Shown here in pieces: positions 33,954-46,700 of a stretch of 64,000 nucleotides of DNA. The notes under the pieces are model-generated. The model had not been told where the DNA came from. It did not search any database and saw only the letters and a list, made by a program, of their open reading frames with translations. Origin of the DNA: Nemertoderma westbladi. Taxonomy: Eukaryota > Animalia > Xenacoelomorpha. The position numbers and the translations under genes were made by a program. The DNA lies in the NCBI GenBank assembly GCA_032718475.1, contig JAUCBJ010000267.1, positions 45,664-109,663 on the forward strand, written 5' to 3'. The first letter of the stretch is position 1. The number at the start of each line of letters is the position of its first letter.

Positions 33954-36887
33954 ATGTCTGATACTAAGCATAACCTGTCAGACAGTTTATTAGATGTAAC
34001 TATCTGCGACTCAGATAGAGGTGTAGAACCGTCTAGTCCTAAGTTCAGTTCACCTCCCACTGTGAGGAAGGTCATCCCTCCAGTAGTAATAACAGAACCT
34101 AGGCTGGTCCAACATCGTAGGTCTATCATAGGCACTCGAGCCCAGGTCAAGCGGGACCAAGAAGCAGCGGAACAGCAACAACCCGCGAGCCAAGAACTTA
34201 TTTCTCAGCGGCCCAACAGCTCCAGTAGTGAGGATACTGTAGAGCTGACACCCGAGCGCGGAGCAAAGATGACGGATGCGGTTTATTCGGATCCCCTTCT
34301 CATCCTTCCTGCAGCCGTACTCACTAGGTTATTGATCGCGGTGGAAGAACACCAGATCGATTGGGCGAGAAGTAAGCGCTCAACTAAAGATAGTTATGAG
34401 GGATACACAAGGGAAGAACTGAAGTCTATGGTCGAGTCGCAATGGAACTTCCCCGGACCCGGACTCCCGTTTGATTTATCAGAAGCGGCCTGGGAAGACA
34501 TACACCGGATGGGAGTAGCCAAGGAAACCATCGATCCAGCTGTGTGGAAGAGGTCCGCAGCCGGATACGCACAGGGATTCTTCAGCTCTATGGAGCGAGT
34601 AAAAGAACAACTGTTTCAACAACCTCATGGACCTCAAGAGCAGGGACAACTGCTTTATCAAGTTAGAGAAAGAATTCTGCGAATCAGGCTAATATTATCA
34701 GCCTTTGAAGAGGCTTCTAAAAGAAGACAAGACACGTCGTTGCAAGTTGCCGTAAAGACTTGGTTTCAACGGGTGAGTCGCCAGGTTCAAGGAACAGCTC
34801 AGTGGAAAGCTCAGCTGGAGGAGCGGCGCTCAACCCATGGAGAATCAACAGACGCTACTTTTTCCCAAGTGGAAAGTGAAGCGACGGCAGAGAAGCCGCA
34901 TAAGAGGGATGCCATTGACATCGATCTGTCAGACTATCAACGTTTTTTAGGTGATGACGAGTTGAGGAGAAGGTTAGAGGGGCTTAGCCCTAATAGTGAA
35001 GGAACCAAGCTTGTGCTGGATGCCATCGATGTGGAAATGAGAGCTGCGAACCAGGCTAAATTTGATGAACAACTCCGCATCACACGAGTCCAAGAAGAAC
35101 AAGTAAAGAAAAAACGTATAGAAGACAGAAAGGCAGCAGCAGTAGCCGCAGCAGTGGCAGCTGCAGAAGTAGAAAGAAAAGCGGCAGTGGCAGAGGCAGC
35201 GGCAGAGGCAAAAGCGGCAGCGGCAGAGGCAAAAGCGGCAGAAGCAGAAAGAAAGGCGACAGTGGCAGCGGCCGAAGCGGAAAGAAAAGCAGCAGAGGCA
35301 GTGGCAGAAGCAGAACGGAGAGCGGCTGAAGAAACCACCCAATTAGAATTGGAAAACATTCAGGAGAATCAAGACTGCATAAATAAACAGTTAACAGCTA
35401 GTAATATGCAGATGATGAATCGATCTACTCCCAAAAGACAGGGATATACATCATCTGAGGAAGGCGATACCACCGATACTGAAGGCAAAGGAAATAGATC
35501 TCGTCTAAGCAGACGTAAAAGAACATCCCACCGTCAGAAATTGCCTGATTTGCCTCCAGCTGTTAGAAGGCAACTAAATAACACCAACTTAGGTAGTACA
35601 GAACCCACAGACCAAATAATTAAAATAGAAAGACTCCCTACTATAGTAGATGAGCCTGAAATAATTAGGCCTGTTCTTGAAATCACCCCTTCGGTGATAG
35701 ACACACCTGTGCTCCCTGAAACTACCTCTAAATTCCCTCTGCACAGCACTAAGCTACCTGTGCCCAGTAGAACAGCCCATGAGACAGTTCAGGTCCTGGA
35801 CCCCGAGCGAGATATTCATGATTTGTCGCCCGTTGCCCCTCGTCCGCCCGCTACAACGTTGGCGACTCCCGCTTCGGCGGTCGAATGGGTGGACGAGAGA
35901 CGGCGGGGGATGGATCTCCTGCTCGGGCAGATGCAGGAGACTGTTCAGCAATTCAAGGGCACAGTAAGGGAAAGTAGACTAGAGTTGCAAGAAGTGCAGC
36001 AAAGTATCGCGCTAGAACGCGATAAATTAGTGAACACACAAAAGGGTATACCACCACCCCCTGTAACAATGTGTCAACCCGTTAGGTCTGAAGTATCCCA
36101 TGCGCAAGGTGTGGAGCCTACACGCATCTATACTGCTAGCGAAGTAGAAACTCCTATAGTAAACCCTATTAAGGGTAATTATAAACCTGTTGATAATGAT
36201 ATCTCATCTAGACTTGATAATAATCCGAGAAACTTATATACCGATAATTCTCTATTCAATAATACGATGGCTCAAGAAAGTTTTACACGCCAAATGGCTA
36301 GAACTGAAGCCCGACAAGCGGTAAAGGTTGGAGAGATCGTCAAGTTCAATGGAGATGAGATGAAATGGTTACCTTTTAATGAATATTACAAAGATAACAT
36401 ACAGAACTCCGTGTTATCTAACGGAGAAAAGCTTAGATTCCTCATCGAGTGCTTGGAAGGATCTCCCAAGTTAATGGCGTTAAAGTTTATTGGACATCCA
36501 GATGGATTAAGACAAGTTTGGGATACAATAAACATCAGGTATGGTAATAGGACTAACATAGCTAGGTATTTGTATGCAAAATTAATGGCGCCCCGAAAGT
36601 TTCTTAGCAGCGGGATTATAGAGTTTTCCGACGAAATTCAGGAGATCTGTAGACAGCTAGATTGGTTAGGTAAGTCTCATGAATACCAGAATTCTATGGT
36701 TGTAGGAGCCTTAGCATCAACTCTGCCAAAGGGTGGAGTAGGTACACGCTGGGACAAGACAGTGTTATATATGATGGAACAACAACGACGAGACCCTACC
36801 ATGGCTGATCTCATGTCATTCTTGGATGGCGAAGTGAAATTACAGCTCATAAAGCAGTCCAGAGAGAAGACACCGGAAAACAATTAA
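33954..36887 (+). CDS. gag: Element B gag (977 aa), truncated by a deletion before the zinc knuckles
   Basis: Highly similar to the N-terminal part of 43715-48406, with BEL gag core KFNGDEMKWLPF...EKLRFL. A junction at about 36884 skips sequence present in C. Confidence 0.9.
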   Translation: MSDTKHNLSDSLLDVTICDSDRGVEPSSPKFSSPPTVRKVIPPVVITEPRLVQHRRSIIGTRAQVKRDQEAAEQQQPASQELISQRPNSSSSEDTVELTPERGAKMTDAVYSDPLLILPAAVLTRLLIAVEEHQIDWARSKRSTKDSYEGYTREELKSMVESQWNFPGPGLPFDLSEAAWEDIHRMGVAKETIDPAVWKRSAAGYAQGFFSSMERVKEQLFQQPHGPQEQGQLLYQVRERILRIRLILSAFEEASKRRQDTSLQVAVKTWFQRVSRQVQGTAQWKAQLEERRSTHGESTDATFSQVESEATAEKPHKRDAIDIDLSDYQRFLGDDELRRRLEGLSPNSEGTKLVLDAIDVEMRAANQAKFDEQLRITRVQEEQVKKKRIEDRKAAAVAAAVAAAEVERKAAVAEAAAEAKAAAAEAKAAEAERKATVAAAEAERKAAEAVAEAERRAAEETTQLELENIQENQDCINKQLTASNMQMMNRSTPKRQGYTSSEEGDTTDTEGKGNRSRLSRRKRTSHRQKLPDLPPAVRRQLNNTNLGSTEPTDQIIKIERLPTIVDEPEIIRPVLEITPSVIDTPVLPETTSKFPLHSTKLPVPSRTAHETVQVLDPERDIHDLSPVAPRPPATTLATPASAVEWVDERRRGMDLLLGQMQETVQQFKGTVRESRLELQEVQQSIALERDKLVNTQKGIPPPPVTMCQPVRSEVSHAQGVEPTRIYTASEVETPIVNPIKGNYKPVDNDISSRLDNNPRNLYTDNSLFNNTMAQESFTRQMARTEARQAVKVGEIVKFNGDEMKWLPFNEYYKDNIQNSVLSNGEKLRFLIECLEGSPKLMALKFIGHPDGLRQVWDTINIRYGNRTNIARYLYAKLMAPRKFLSSGIIEFSDEIQEICRQLDWLGKSHEYQNSMVVGALASTLPKGGVGTRWDKTVLYMMEQQRRDPTMADLMSFLDGEVKLQLIKQSREKTPENN

Positions 36888-37154
36888 TTATTATGTCAAT
36901 AAAACGCCTAAAGACCAGGTAAGTAAATTCAAGTCTCTAACCAATGACAGGAGAGAACAGGTAAGAAAAACTCCTCCTACGTCTCCCAAGAGAATTCAGG
37001 TGAGAAAGCCCGAGGAAAGAACGAACGTACACCACACAGCACATGTTAAAGTAAGTAACATCAAGCCCAAATGTGTGCTGTGCGATGGGCCCCACCGTTT
37101 AAATGCGTGTGATAAATTCCTGAGGAAATCACTAAAGGATAGACGTGAAGTCAT

Positions 37155-37862
37155 GTGGGAAACATAGAAACATATCTCAATATTGCCAGTCAACAAAATA
37201 TAGAAACTCGATATCCTCAAGGTATACATCATGACCGCATGGTAGAACTCAAACGGATCGATTCCCCTATGATGTATCTTACCGCCGATCGACCGCTACC
37301 TGTTGTACCGAATAGCTTCGAACGGATGGAGGAATATTGTAAGCTGGAGAAAGATCACTCGCGTTTCCCCTACAAGACGTACGTTTTTGGGTATTATTGC
37401 GATGAATGCCCAAGACCCAACCAACAAACGGAAAGACGTAAACATCCGCGGAGACGTTGCTTTAAACACGGTTTTACTCGCTATACTTACGGGAGTTTCG
37501 AGCGAAACTTGTTCAATGTATCACCTACGCTCGTTCGACTCAGACGATCCTTAAATAAACCAATGATCAGAGTTTCGGAATACTCGATCAGAGCTCCTCA
37601 TTCCCTAATGAGACCTCAGACTCTTGATCCTATTAGTATGACGGATCCTCCCGAGCTGTACTCACTGCTCAAAGATCTGGTGTTGCCTGAACGATTGGTC
37701 GGTGGCACCCCAGTTGTGGGTTTCTTAGATATTAGCCCATCCTACCTAGCCGGATTGGGACGCGGACATTTAATATCGCCGTTTAACCCTTACCATCGTC
37801 CCGGCTTGACACAATATAACCTGTCACCAGAGTGGCGGAGAACGTTGTACCAAACGAGTTAA
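37155..37862 (+). CDS. Element B accessory ORF (5' end removed by the gag/accessory deletion junction near 37160), homologous to 13555-14043
   Basis: ETRYPQ...MMYLTADRPLPVVPNSFERMEEY...YYCDEC. A degenerate copy is present in C at about 50050-51150. Confidence 0.65.
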   Translation: MGNIETYLNIASQQNIETRYPQGIHHDRMVELKRIDSPMMYLTADRPLPVVPNSFERMEEYCKLEKDHSRFPYKTYVFGYYCDECPRPNQQTERRKHPRRRCFKHGFTRYTYGSFERNLFNVSPTLVRLRRSLNKPMIRVSEYSIRAPHSLMRPQTLDPISMTDPPELYSLLKDLVLPERLVGGTPVVGFLDISPSYLAGLGRGHLISPFNPYHRPGLTQYNLSPEWRRTLYQTS

Positions 37863-38333
37863 ACGCTATTCTACAAAGATCAGAAAGGAAACCTACGTTT
37901 GTTCAGATAAACGTAAGTTGTAACAGCAAGTCCAAGCGATAAACGAATTGTCTTTATCTCAGTTCGATTGTGAAATCCAGAATCTCTAAGAAGATATCGC
38001 ACTTAGACAACCCCATTCTCTGCGAGAGTTTTTGGATGAACGTATCCAGCTACGAGCGGAGGAAAATCAGCTCGAGGAGAAGCATATCGAAACGGCGGAT
38101 ACCCCTACCATAATCCTACACCTTCTGATGCAATCATATTGCACCCTTCACCCAGGATTTATAGCCCTCCTAGTAAAGTGGCTCCCCCCAAAGAGAAAAG
38201 GACTCTTGCTAGCCTCAAAAAACTGCGTAAACGCCGTCTGCGTAAGAAAGACTAACTGTTTAGAGTATTTTTATATTTTAGAAACTGTGATTTGTTATAT
38301 TTTATAGACTTAAATCCCATTTTCTGGGAGCGG

Positions 38334-39519
38334 TGTAAAAGCTTTTGCGTCATTAACCAGTTATTTTCCCTTAAAGTACTCTGTAGTTGGTTTGCCAGGC
38401 ATAAAAAGGCCGTGTCCTTGCTGTACTGGTGTTTTAGAGGACATAAAAGTCATTTCTTATGTATTTGTACTGTATTTGTACTTTAGAGGACATAATCCAC
38501 AATCTCGTGACGCGATAAGCTAGATACTCTTGAAAACAGTGTCGCTACCATGACAATGGCTAACAGCTGATATTGCCACGTCGACGTTTCTTTGTTTCTT
38601 TGTTCTCTCGTTGTTCGGTTGACCAATCAGAGCGTTTGTTGTCTCTGTGTTGGAGGTGTATACAGAGGCTCAGTAGTTCAGTGTTATGTTTTTGCCCAGA
38701 GCCTAAGAACCGGCTTTTGGCACCTCCGTGTTTTCAGTTTTTAGTCTTACACTAGTAGGCTTAATTATAAGGACATATATCCGTTATCATAACATAACTA
38801 AACATAACATACCATACCTAATCAAACAACCTGTGCATACTTTTATATTGTTATACTGCTATTTACTGTCAGTTCTTCATAATATGGTTGATGAATTATT
38901 ATATTTGGAATAACGATAAATAACCCCGAAAACCCAATATTCTTGATATACCGAAGGTAAGAGAGAAAGGTTACATATAACGATTGTGACTTATGTTAAA
39001 GTGGTTTGAAGTGAATCTAATGTTATTTGATAGACCCTACATGATTCGGTCCGTGTTCCTTTTATATGTGACTAAAATCAGTGAAGATCGGCAGATCAGT
39101 GTGCAGTATTGTGCAGCATTGTGTATGAGTGAGACTGATAACGAAGCATTTCCTAAAGAATGCGCCATATATGTGAATTGTAACTAAGCCATATCGTTGT
39201 GAGTAGTTTAAGTCATAACTCTGTTTATATAGATAGAGCGCCACGTCCTAAAGGAACTGTTAATATTTCCCGAAGGTGAATAATATTGTCAGAGATTATA
39301 TAATACTGTCAGTCGAATAATACATTAGGCTTACATAGCAATAAGATTAAGCCGTCGAACCCAATCTCCCGGGTATATCCAGCGGGTGAATGATCGCGCA
39401 CAGATTGGTTTCGACTAGTGTAGTGAATCAAATACTTGTCATAGGCTAAAAGTAATTTATTATCTAGAAGACATCCTAATTTGGCGGGTTAAACTGCCAA
39501 AGGTCTGAAAGCGCGAACA
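38334..39519 (+). repeat. Element B 3' LTR
   Basis: Preceded by PPT-like GGGAGCGG and followed by TSD GTACT. Confidence 0.96.
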
Positions 39520-39524
39520 GTACT

Positions 39525-40621
39525 CTGTAGTTGGTTTACTGGGCATAAAAAGGCCGTGTCCTTACTGTACTGGTGTTTTAGAGGACATAAAAGCCATTTC
39601 TTCTGTATTTGTACTTTAGAGGACATAATCCGCAATTTCGGGACGCAATAAGCTCGATACTCTTGAAAACAGTGTCGCTACCATGACGACGGCTAACAGC
39701 TGATATTGCCACGTCGACATTTCTTTGTTTCTTTGTTCTCTCGTTGTTCGGTCGACCAATCAGAGCGTTTTTGTCTCTGTGTTGGAGGTGGATACAGAAA
39801 CTCAGGAATTCAGTGTTATGTTTTTGCCCAGAGCCTAAGAACACCGGCTTTTGGCACCTCCGTGTTTCAGTCTTTAGTCTTACATTAGTAGGCTTAATTA
39901 TAGAACGTATATCTGTTATCGAGTTACCTTATCAATGCTTACTAAACATATCATGCATATCTTACTTAACATTACTGCTTTTGCTGTCGGTTATTCATTA
40001 TATTTGTTGATGGAAGATTATATTTGGAATACTGATCAATAGTCAGACACCCAACCTTCTTGATATACTAAAGGTTAGAGAGACCGGTTACAGATAAACG
40101 ATTGCGACCTATGTTAAGTGGTTTGAAGTGAATCAAATGCTATTTTATAGGCCCTACATGTATTGTCTGTTATTCTCTTTGTATGTGACTAAAATTAGTG
40201 AAGGTCGGCAGATTGGTGTGCAGCATTGTGTATGATTGTGACTGATAACAAAGCATCTCCTAAAGAATGCGCCATATACGTGAATCTATAGCCTTTTCGT
40301 TGTGTCTAGTTTAAGTCATAACTCTGTTTACATATTTAGAGCGCCACGTCCTAAAGGAACTGTTAATATTTCCCGAAAGTGAATAATATTTGTCAGAGAT
40401 TATATATTACGATCAGTCGAATAATACGGTAGGCTTACACCATCAATCATTAAGTTCCGAATTCAGTCTCCCGGGTATATCCAGCGGGTGAATGATTGCG
40501 CATAGACTGGCTTCGGCTAATGTAGTGTATCAAATACTCGTCATAGGCTAAAGACTATATATCATCCAAAAGACATCCTAATTTGCAGGTTAAACTGTCA
40601 AAGGTCTTAAAAGCGCAAACA
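39525..40621 (+). repeat. Element C 5' LTR, distal part (the first 48 bp lie at 30489-30536)
   Basis: Joining 30489-30536 to 39525 onward reproduces the sequence starting at 51576. It ends AAGCGCAAACA, like B's AAGCGCGAACA. Confidence 0.92.
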
Positions 40622-40632
40622 ATAACAGATAT
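40622..40632 (+). promoter_or_regulatory. Element C primer-binding-site position (ATAACAGATAT), complementary to its own LTR
   Basis: Exact reverse complement of ATATCTGTTAT at 39909-39919, with a compensatory change relative to element B. Confidence 0.8.
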
Positions 40633-41984
40633 TGCTTCTGGATTGCAGTGTAAGCAATCTAGTCTAAAGTACCGGTACCGGTCGAACGGTAACCTGTACT
40701 GCTGTAACCAGTAGGCCTGACTGCCTGATCATCCGAACCGGTACTTACAGTACAGGTACAGCAGTATTATTCGATTTTTATAATTATATACCGGTAGGCC
40801 TTTATAATTAATCAGGGACGGCCGCCCTGGTTTTTTATTGAGATTTTACTTGTTTCTGTCAAGTTTTATTTATTTGTAGGTTAGTATTGAGCAGAAGGCG
40901 TGTAAGCCTGCTCAGATTGTACAGATAATTTGTAGGCTTGACTGTTGTCTAACTGTTGTTAAGTCTGAACGGATTGCAGTGTGTGTAGAGCATCTGTCCG
41001 ATGAAGTGCTAGTTAGGAAAGTAGGGGCTTCAAGTGCTGTGAGGTAAACCCCCTGTGAAAGAATAAGTCGTACTACTGGGTTAGAACGCATACTAACTAA
41101 TCATTTCGGAGTCTGCATATACTGTAGTGTATTTGGGCTTGATAGTAGTCTGCCATCGTTTGGTCTGTACTTTGTTTGTGTAGTCTGTACGGGTAGCGTA
41201 TAATTTTATTTAGATAATTTGTAGGCTGGATAGTTGTCTGGCTGTTGTTGGGTTTGAGGAAATTTCGGTGTGTGTAGAGCATCTGTCCGATAAAGTGCTA
41301 GTTAGGAAAGTAGGGGCTTCAAGTGCTGTGAGGTAAACCCCCTGTGAAAGAATAAGTCGTACTACTGGGTTAGAACGCATACTAACTAATCATTTTGGAG
41401 TCTGCATATACCGTAGTTTGTTTAGGCTTGATAGTAGTCTGTCAGTATTTGGTCTGCATTTTGTTTGAGTAGTTTGTACGCGTAGCGTAATATTTATTAT
41501 TCAGAGTTTATGCGATTATTCGCAACATTCATATCCCCAAGTTTATTCCTACAGTAATTGTGTTTGTTATACATACCGTTATAGTTAAACTAACCCGGTA
41601 CTACATCAGGGCTGCTCGGCGTAGGTAAAGACTGGAGATTTTATGCTTTGGTCACTCCGGCAGATACCGTGGTTCTTTTAGCTGTTCAAGTATTTTTAAC
41701 TACTAATTATTTGTCGTACAAGTACTTGTACCTAATTTAGGGTTTAGTGTACTGTACTTTCCGAAGGTGATTAGTGTGTAGGCAGTATATTTGTGTTGTA
41801 AAGTGGTTAATAGGCACGTTGGTTCTGGTAGACCGCGGTAATTAATCTCTAGGTAGGAACACTCCGTGATACATAACGTAGTACCTATAGCGATACGGTT
41901 ATAGGTCGTCAGACGGTGGTATTTTCCTATCTGGACAGCGCAGTATATTTACTACTACTTATTATTTTCAAATACCGTAGTAAC

Positions 41985-42851
41985 TAGTGCTCGATCGGAG
42001 TTTTTATTTTGCCGGAGCCGGAGCCGGAACCGGAGTGGAAAAAAAATTGCCGGAGTTTGACCGGAGCCGGAGTTTCTTTCCCTATGTGTATTTTCCCTAT
42101 ATCTGGGCCGGGTCGCCGTCGTTAGTACTCATATCCGGGTCGCCGTCGTCGGTACTCATATCCGGGCACCCGGTCGCCGTCGTTGGTAGGCCTACTTATA
42201 TCCTGGTTGCGGACAGAACTCCTTGCATCATTCTCAGTCCATCCCCCTTCCAGAATTATAGTAGGCCTACATATAGCTGTATAGTACAGTAGCTTGAGGT
42301 GCAGGATTGTTAGACTGTGTATTCAAGCTGTCAGGTAGGCCTACCGCTACCAGCAGACCAGTACAGCAGTTCCGGAATTAGATTAAGTCAGTGAGTACAG
42401 AAGTCAGGAAGTAGTACCGGTACTACTGTCTGACTGTACTGCTGTGCTGTGTAGTACTACCAGTACCAGCCTGCCAGTAAATTATTTAGTATTACACTGC
42501 TCTACCAGTCAGCCAGTCTACTGTAGTATAGTAATACTGTAATAATCTGATAATAGTAGTATCAAAGTTGTGCAGTCAGACAGTACTGCAGTACTGCAGC
42601 TGGAGTAGGCTATTGCAGTATTGGACAGTTGGAGTACCGTACACTGGAATAATATACTGCTGCCATATGCCTATCTGCCTATACTAGCAACTAGCAGACT
42701 AGCCTATATATTATGTACATTATTAATATAAAACATACATTATTAAAAAAACTCCGGCTCCGGTGATTTTCTAACTCGCTCCGGTTCGGAGCCGGATGTA
42801 AGAAACTCCGGCCGGAGCTGGAGCCGGAGCCGGAACTCCGATCGAGCCCTA
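41985..42851. mobile_element. hAT-type non-autonomous DNA transposon (MITE), 867 bp
   Basis: TIRs TAGTGCTCGATCGGAGTT / TAGGGCTCGATCGGAGTT (17/18), 8-bp TSD GTAGTAAC (41977-41984, 42852-42859) and subterminal GCCGGA repeats. Absent at the homologous site in B (about 33110). Confidence 0.9.
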
Positions 42852-43714
42852 GTAGTAACCTGTCTGTTGTAATAACCAGATATTCTAACCCTTTGTTAGG
42901 CTGGTTAGTAGACTTCTTGTAAAATTACCCTAAAAATTCGTATTTGTGTATTTGTAATTAAATTTTTGTGTTTATTTAGAGATTGTAATCTCAACCAGAA
43001 TTGTACGTAATTTGTAGTATTAAGTAACTTAGTTAAATTAGAATTATTTGTTTTAGTGTCCAACAAGTAGCACTCCACTGAGAGCGCACAGCTTCTGTGT
43101 AGTGACTCCCCCAGAAATAATAACATTTATTTCAAACATTGACAAAAACCCATTTCCACGGGTATATATATATATTATAAATCAACTCAAACGATTTATA
43201 AATAGTAGGCCTGCCATACAACAATTAGGTCTCAATATCAGTTGGACTACTGCTTAAATAACGGTAATAAAGTAAGTTAAAGTAATCAAGTAACCCTTAA
43301 AATTCAGAAATTCAATTATTCTAAAATAATTGATATACCGGTATTTACAATAGGCTTATTATCTTTATTTTATAAATATAGGCTGAAATTATACCGGTAT
43401 TCTGTAATTAATTCTAGTCTGTAATTATACTTATATATATACATTATAAGTGTAAGCTGTATACCGGTATTCAAGATAGGCCTATTATATATATAAACTT
43501 AGGCTGAAATCATACCGGTATTCTGTAATTAATTCTAGTTACTAATAATACTTATATATACCATAAGCATACCGGTATTCTAATATTATATATATATTAC
43601 GCTACACTGAGTAGCAGTATCGGTAATTAATTACTAGGCTAGCAGTTAATACTGAATTACTAGACTTGCTTTAACTGTATTTATAGCCGTAGGCATTCAA
43701 CTGTGTAAACAAAC

Positions 43715-46700
43715 ATGTCTGACACAACCCAATCACTGTCGGATAGTCTCCTAGATAGTGTTAGAATGACTGTTAGACAGTGTCTTAAAAGGATCAGTGA
43801 CCCAGATCCAAGTATAGAACATCCTAGATCCAAGTCTAAGTCCCCTCCTACTGTAAGAAAGGCCATCCCTACAGTAGTAGTGTCAGACCCTAGACTAGTA
43901 GAACATCGTAGGTCTATCATAGGCACTCGAGCTCAGGTCAAGCGGGACCAAGAAGCAGCGGAACAGCAACAACCCGCGAGCCAAGAACTTATTTCTCAGC
44001 GGCCCGACAGCTCCAGTAGCGAGGATACTGTAGAGCTGACACCCGAGCGCGGAGCAAGGATGACGGATGCGGTTTATTCGGATCCCCTTCTCATCCTTCC
44101 TGCAGCCGTACTCACTAGGTTATTGATTGCGGTGGAAGAACACCAGATCGATTGGGCGAGAAGTAAGCGATCAACTAAAGATAGTTATGCGGGATACACA
44201 AGGGAAGAACTGAAGTCTATGGTCGAGTCGCAATGGAACTTCCCCGGACCCGGACTCCCGTTTGATTTATCAGAAGCTGCCTGGGAAGACATACACCGGA
44301 TGGGAGTAGCCAAGGAAACCATCGATCCAGCTGTGTGGAAGAGGTCCACAGCCGGATACGCACAGGGATTCTTAAGCTCTATGGAGCGAGTAAAAGAACA
44401 ACTGTTTCAACAACCTCAAGGACCTCAAGAGCAGGGACAACTGCTTTATCAAGTTAGAGAAAGAATTCTGCGAATTAGGATAATCTTATCGGCCTTTGAG
44501 GAGGCTTCTAAAAGAAGACAAGACACGTCGTTGCAAGTTGCCATAAAGACTTGGTTTCAACGGGTGAGTCTCCAAGTTCAAGGAACGGCTCAGTGGAAAG
44601 CTCAGCTGGAGGAGCGCTCAACCCATGGAGAATCAACAGACGCTACTTTTTCCCAAGTGGAAAGTGAAGCGACGGCAGAGAACCCGCATAAGAGGGATGC
44701 CATTGATATCTATCTGTCAGACTATCAACGTTTCTTAGGTGATGAAGAGTTGAGGAGAAGGTTGGATGGACTTAACCCTAATAGTGAAGGAGCACAGCGT
44801 GTGCTTGACGCCATCGACGTGGATAGGTTAGCGGCGAACCAAGCTAAATTCGATGAACAACTCCGCATCGCTAGAGACCAAGAAGAAAAGGTGAAGAAAA
44901 AACGCATAGAAGACAGAAAGAAAGCAGCAGTAGCAGCTGCAGAAGCCGAAAGGAAAGCAGCCGAAGAGGAAAGTAAAGCAGCCGAAATGGAAAGAAAAGC
45001 GGCAGCGGCAGAGGCAGAAGCGAAAAGAAAAGCGGCAGCGGCAGAGGCAGAAGCGAAAAGAAAAGCAGCCGAAATGGAAAGAAAAGCGGCAATGGCAGCG
45101 GCAGAAGCAGAGCGGATAGCGGCTGAAGAGATCGCCCAATTAGAATTGGAAAATATTCAGGAGAATCAAGACTGCATAAATAAACAGTTAACAGCTAGTA
45201 ATATGCAGATGATGAATCGATCTACTCCCAAAAGACAGGGATATACATCATCTGAGGAAGGCGATACCACCGATACTGAAGGCAAAGGAAATAGATCTCA
45301 CCTAAGCAGACGTAAAAGAACATCCCACCGTCAGAAATTGCCTGATTTGCCTCCAGCTGTTAGAAGGCAACTAAATAACACCAACTTAGGTAGTACAGAA
45401 CCCACAGACCAAATAATTACAATAGAGAGACTCCCTACTATAGTAGATGAGCCTGAAATAATTAGGCCTGTTCCCGAAGCCACCCTTTTGGTGGTAGAGA
45501 CACCTGTACTCCCTGAACCTACCTCTAAATTCCCTTTGCACAGTACCAAGCTACCTGTGCCCAGCAGAACAGCCCATGAGACAGTTCATGCCCTGGACTC
45601 CGAGCGTAATATTCATGATTTGTCGCCCGTTGTCCCTCGTCCGCCCGCTACAACGTTGGCGAATCCCGCTTCGGCGGTCGAATGGGTGGATGAGAGACGA
45701 CGGGGGATGGATCTCCTGCTCGGACAGATGCAGGAGACCGTTCAGCAATTCAAGGGCACAGTAAGGGAAAGTAGGCTAGAGTTGCAAGAAGTGCAGCAAA
45801 GTATCGCGCTAGAACGCGATAAATTAGTAAATACACAAAGGGGTATACCACCACCCCCTGTAACAATGTGTCAACCTGTTATGTCTGAAGTATCTCATGC
45901 GCAAGGTGTGGAGCCTACATGCATCTATACTGCTAGCGAAGTAGAAACTCCTATAGTGAACCCTATTAAGGGTAATTATAGACCTGTTGATAATGATATT
46001 CCCTATAGACCGGATCATAATCCGAGAAATTTATATACCGATAACTCGATATTAAATAACACGATGGCCCAAGAAAGTTTTACGCGTCAAATGGCTAGAA
46101 CCGAAGCCCGGCAAGCGGTAAAGGTGGGAGAGATCGTCAAGTTCAATGGAGATGAGATGAAATGGTTACCTTTTAATGAATATTACAAAGATAACATACA
46201 GAACTCTGTACTATCTAATGGAGAGAAACTTAGATTCCTCATCGAGTGCTTGGAAGGATCTCCCAAGTTAATGGCGTTAAAGTTTATTGGACATCCAGAC
46301 GGATTAAGACAAGTTTGGGATACACTAAACATCAGGTATGGTAATAGGAATAACATAGCTGGGTATTTGTATGCAAAGTTGGTAGCGCCCCGAAAGTTTA
46401 TTAGCAGCGGGATTATAGAGTTTTCCGATGAGATTCAGGAGATCTGCAGACAATTAGATTGGCTAGGTAAGTCTCATGAGTATCAGAGTGCTATGGTTAT
46501 TAGAGCAGTGGCTTCTACTTTACCGAAGGGTGGAGTAGGTACACGCTGGGATAAGAAAGTGTTATATATGATGGAACAACAACGACGAGACCCTACCATG
46601 GCTGATCTCATGTCATTCTTAGATAGAGAAGTGAAATTACAGCTCCTAAGGCAGTCCAGAGAGAAGACACTGGAAAACAAGGTAAGTGAGAAACCCGTTT

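Larger units (their letters stand above)
30537..39519 (+). mobile_element. Element B: non-autonomous BEL/Pao element nested in the 5' LTR of element C
   Basis: Two 1186-bp TG...CA LTRs and TSD GTACT (30532-30536, 39520-39524). Truncated gag and no pol. Confidence 0.95.
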
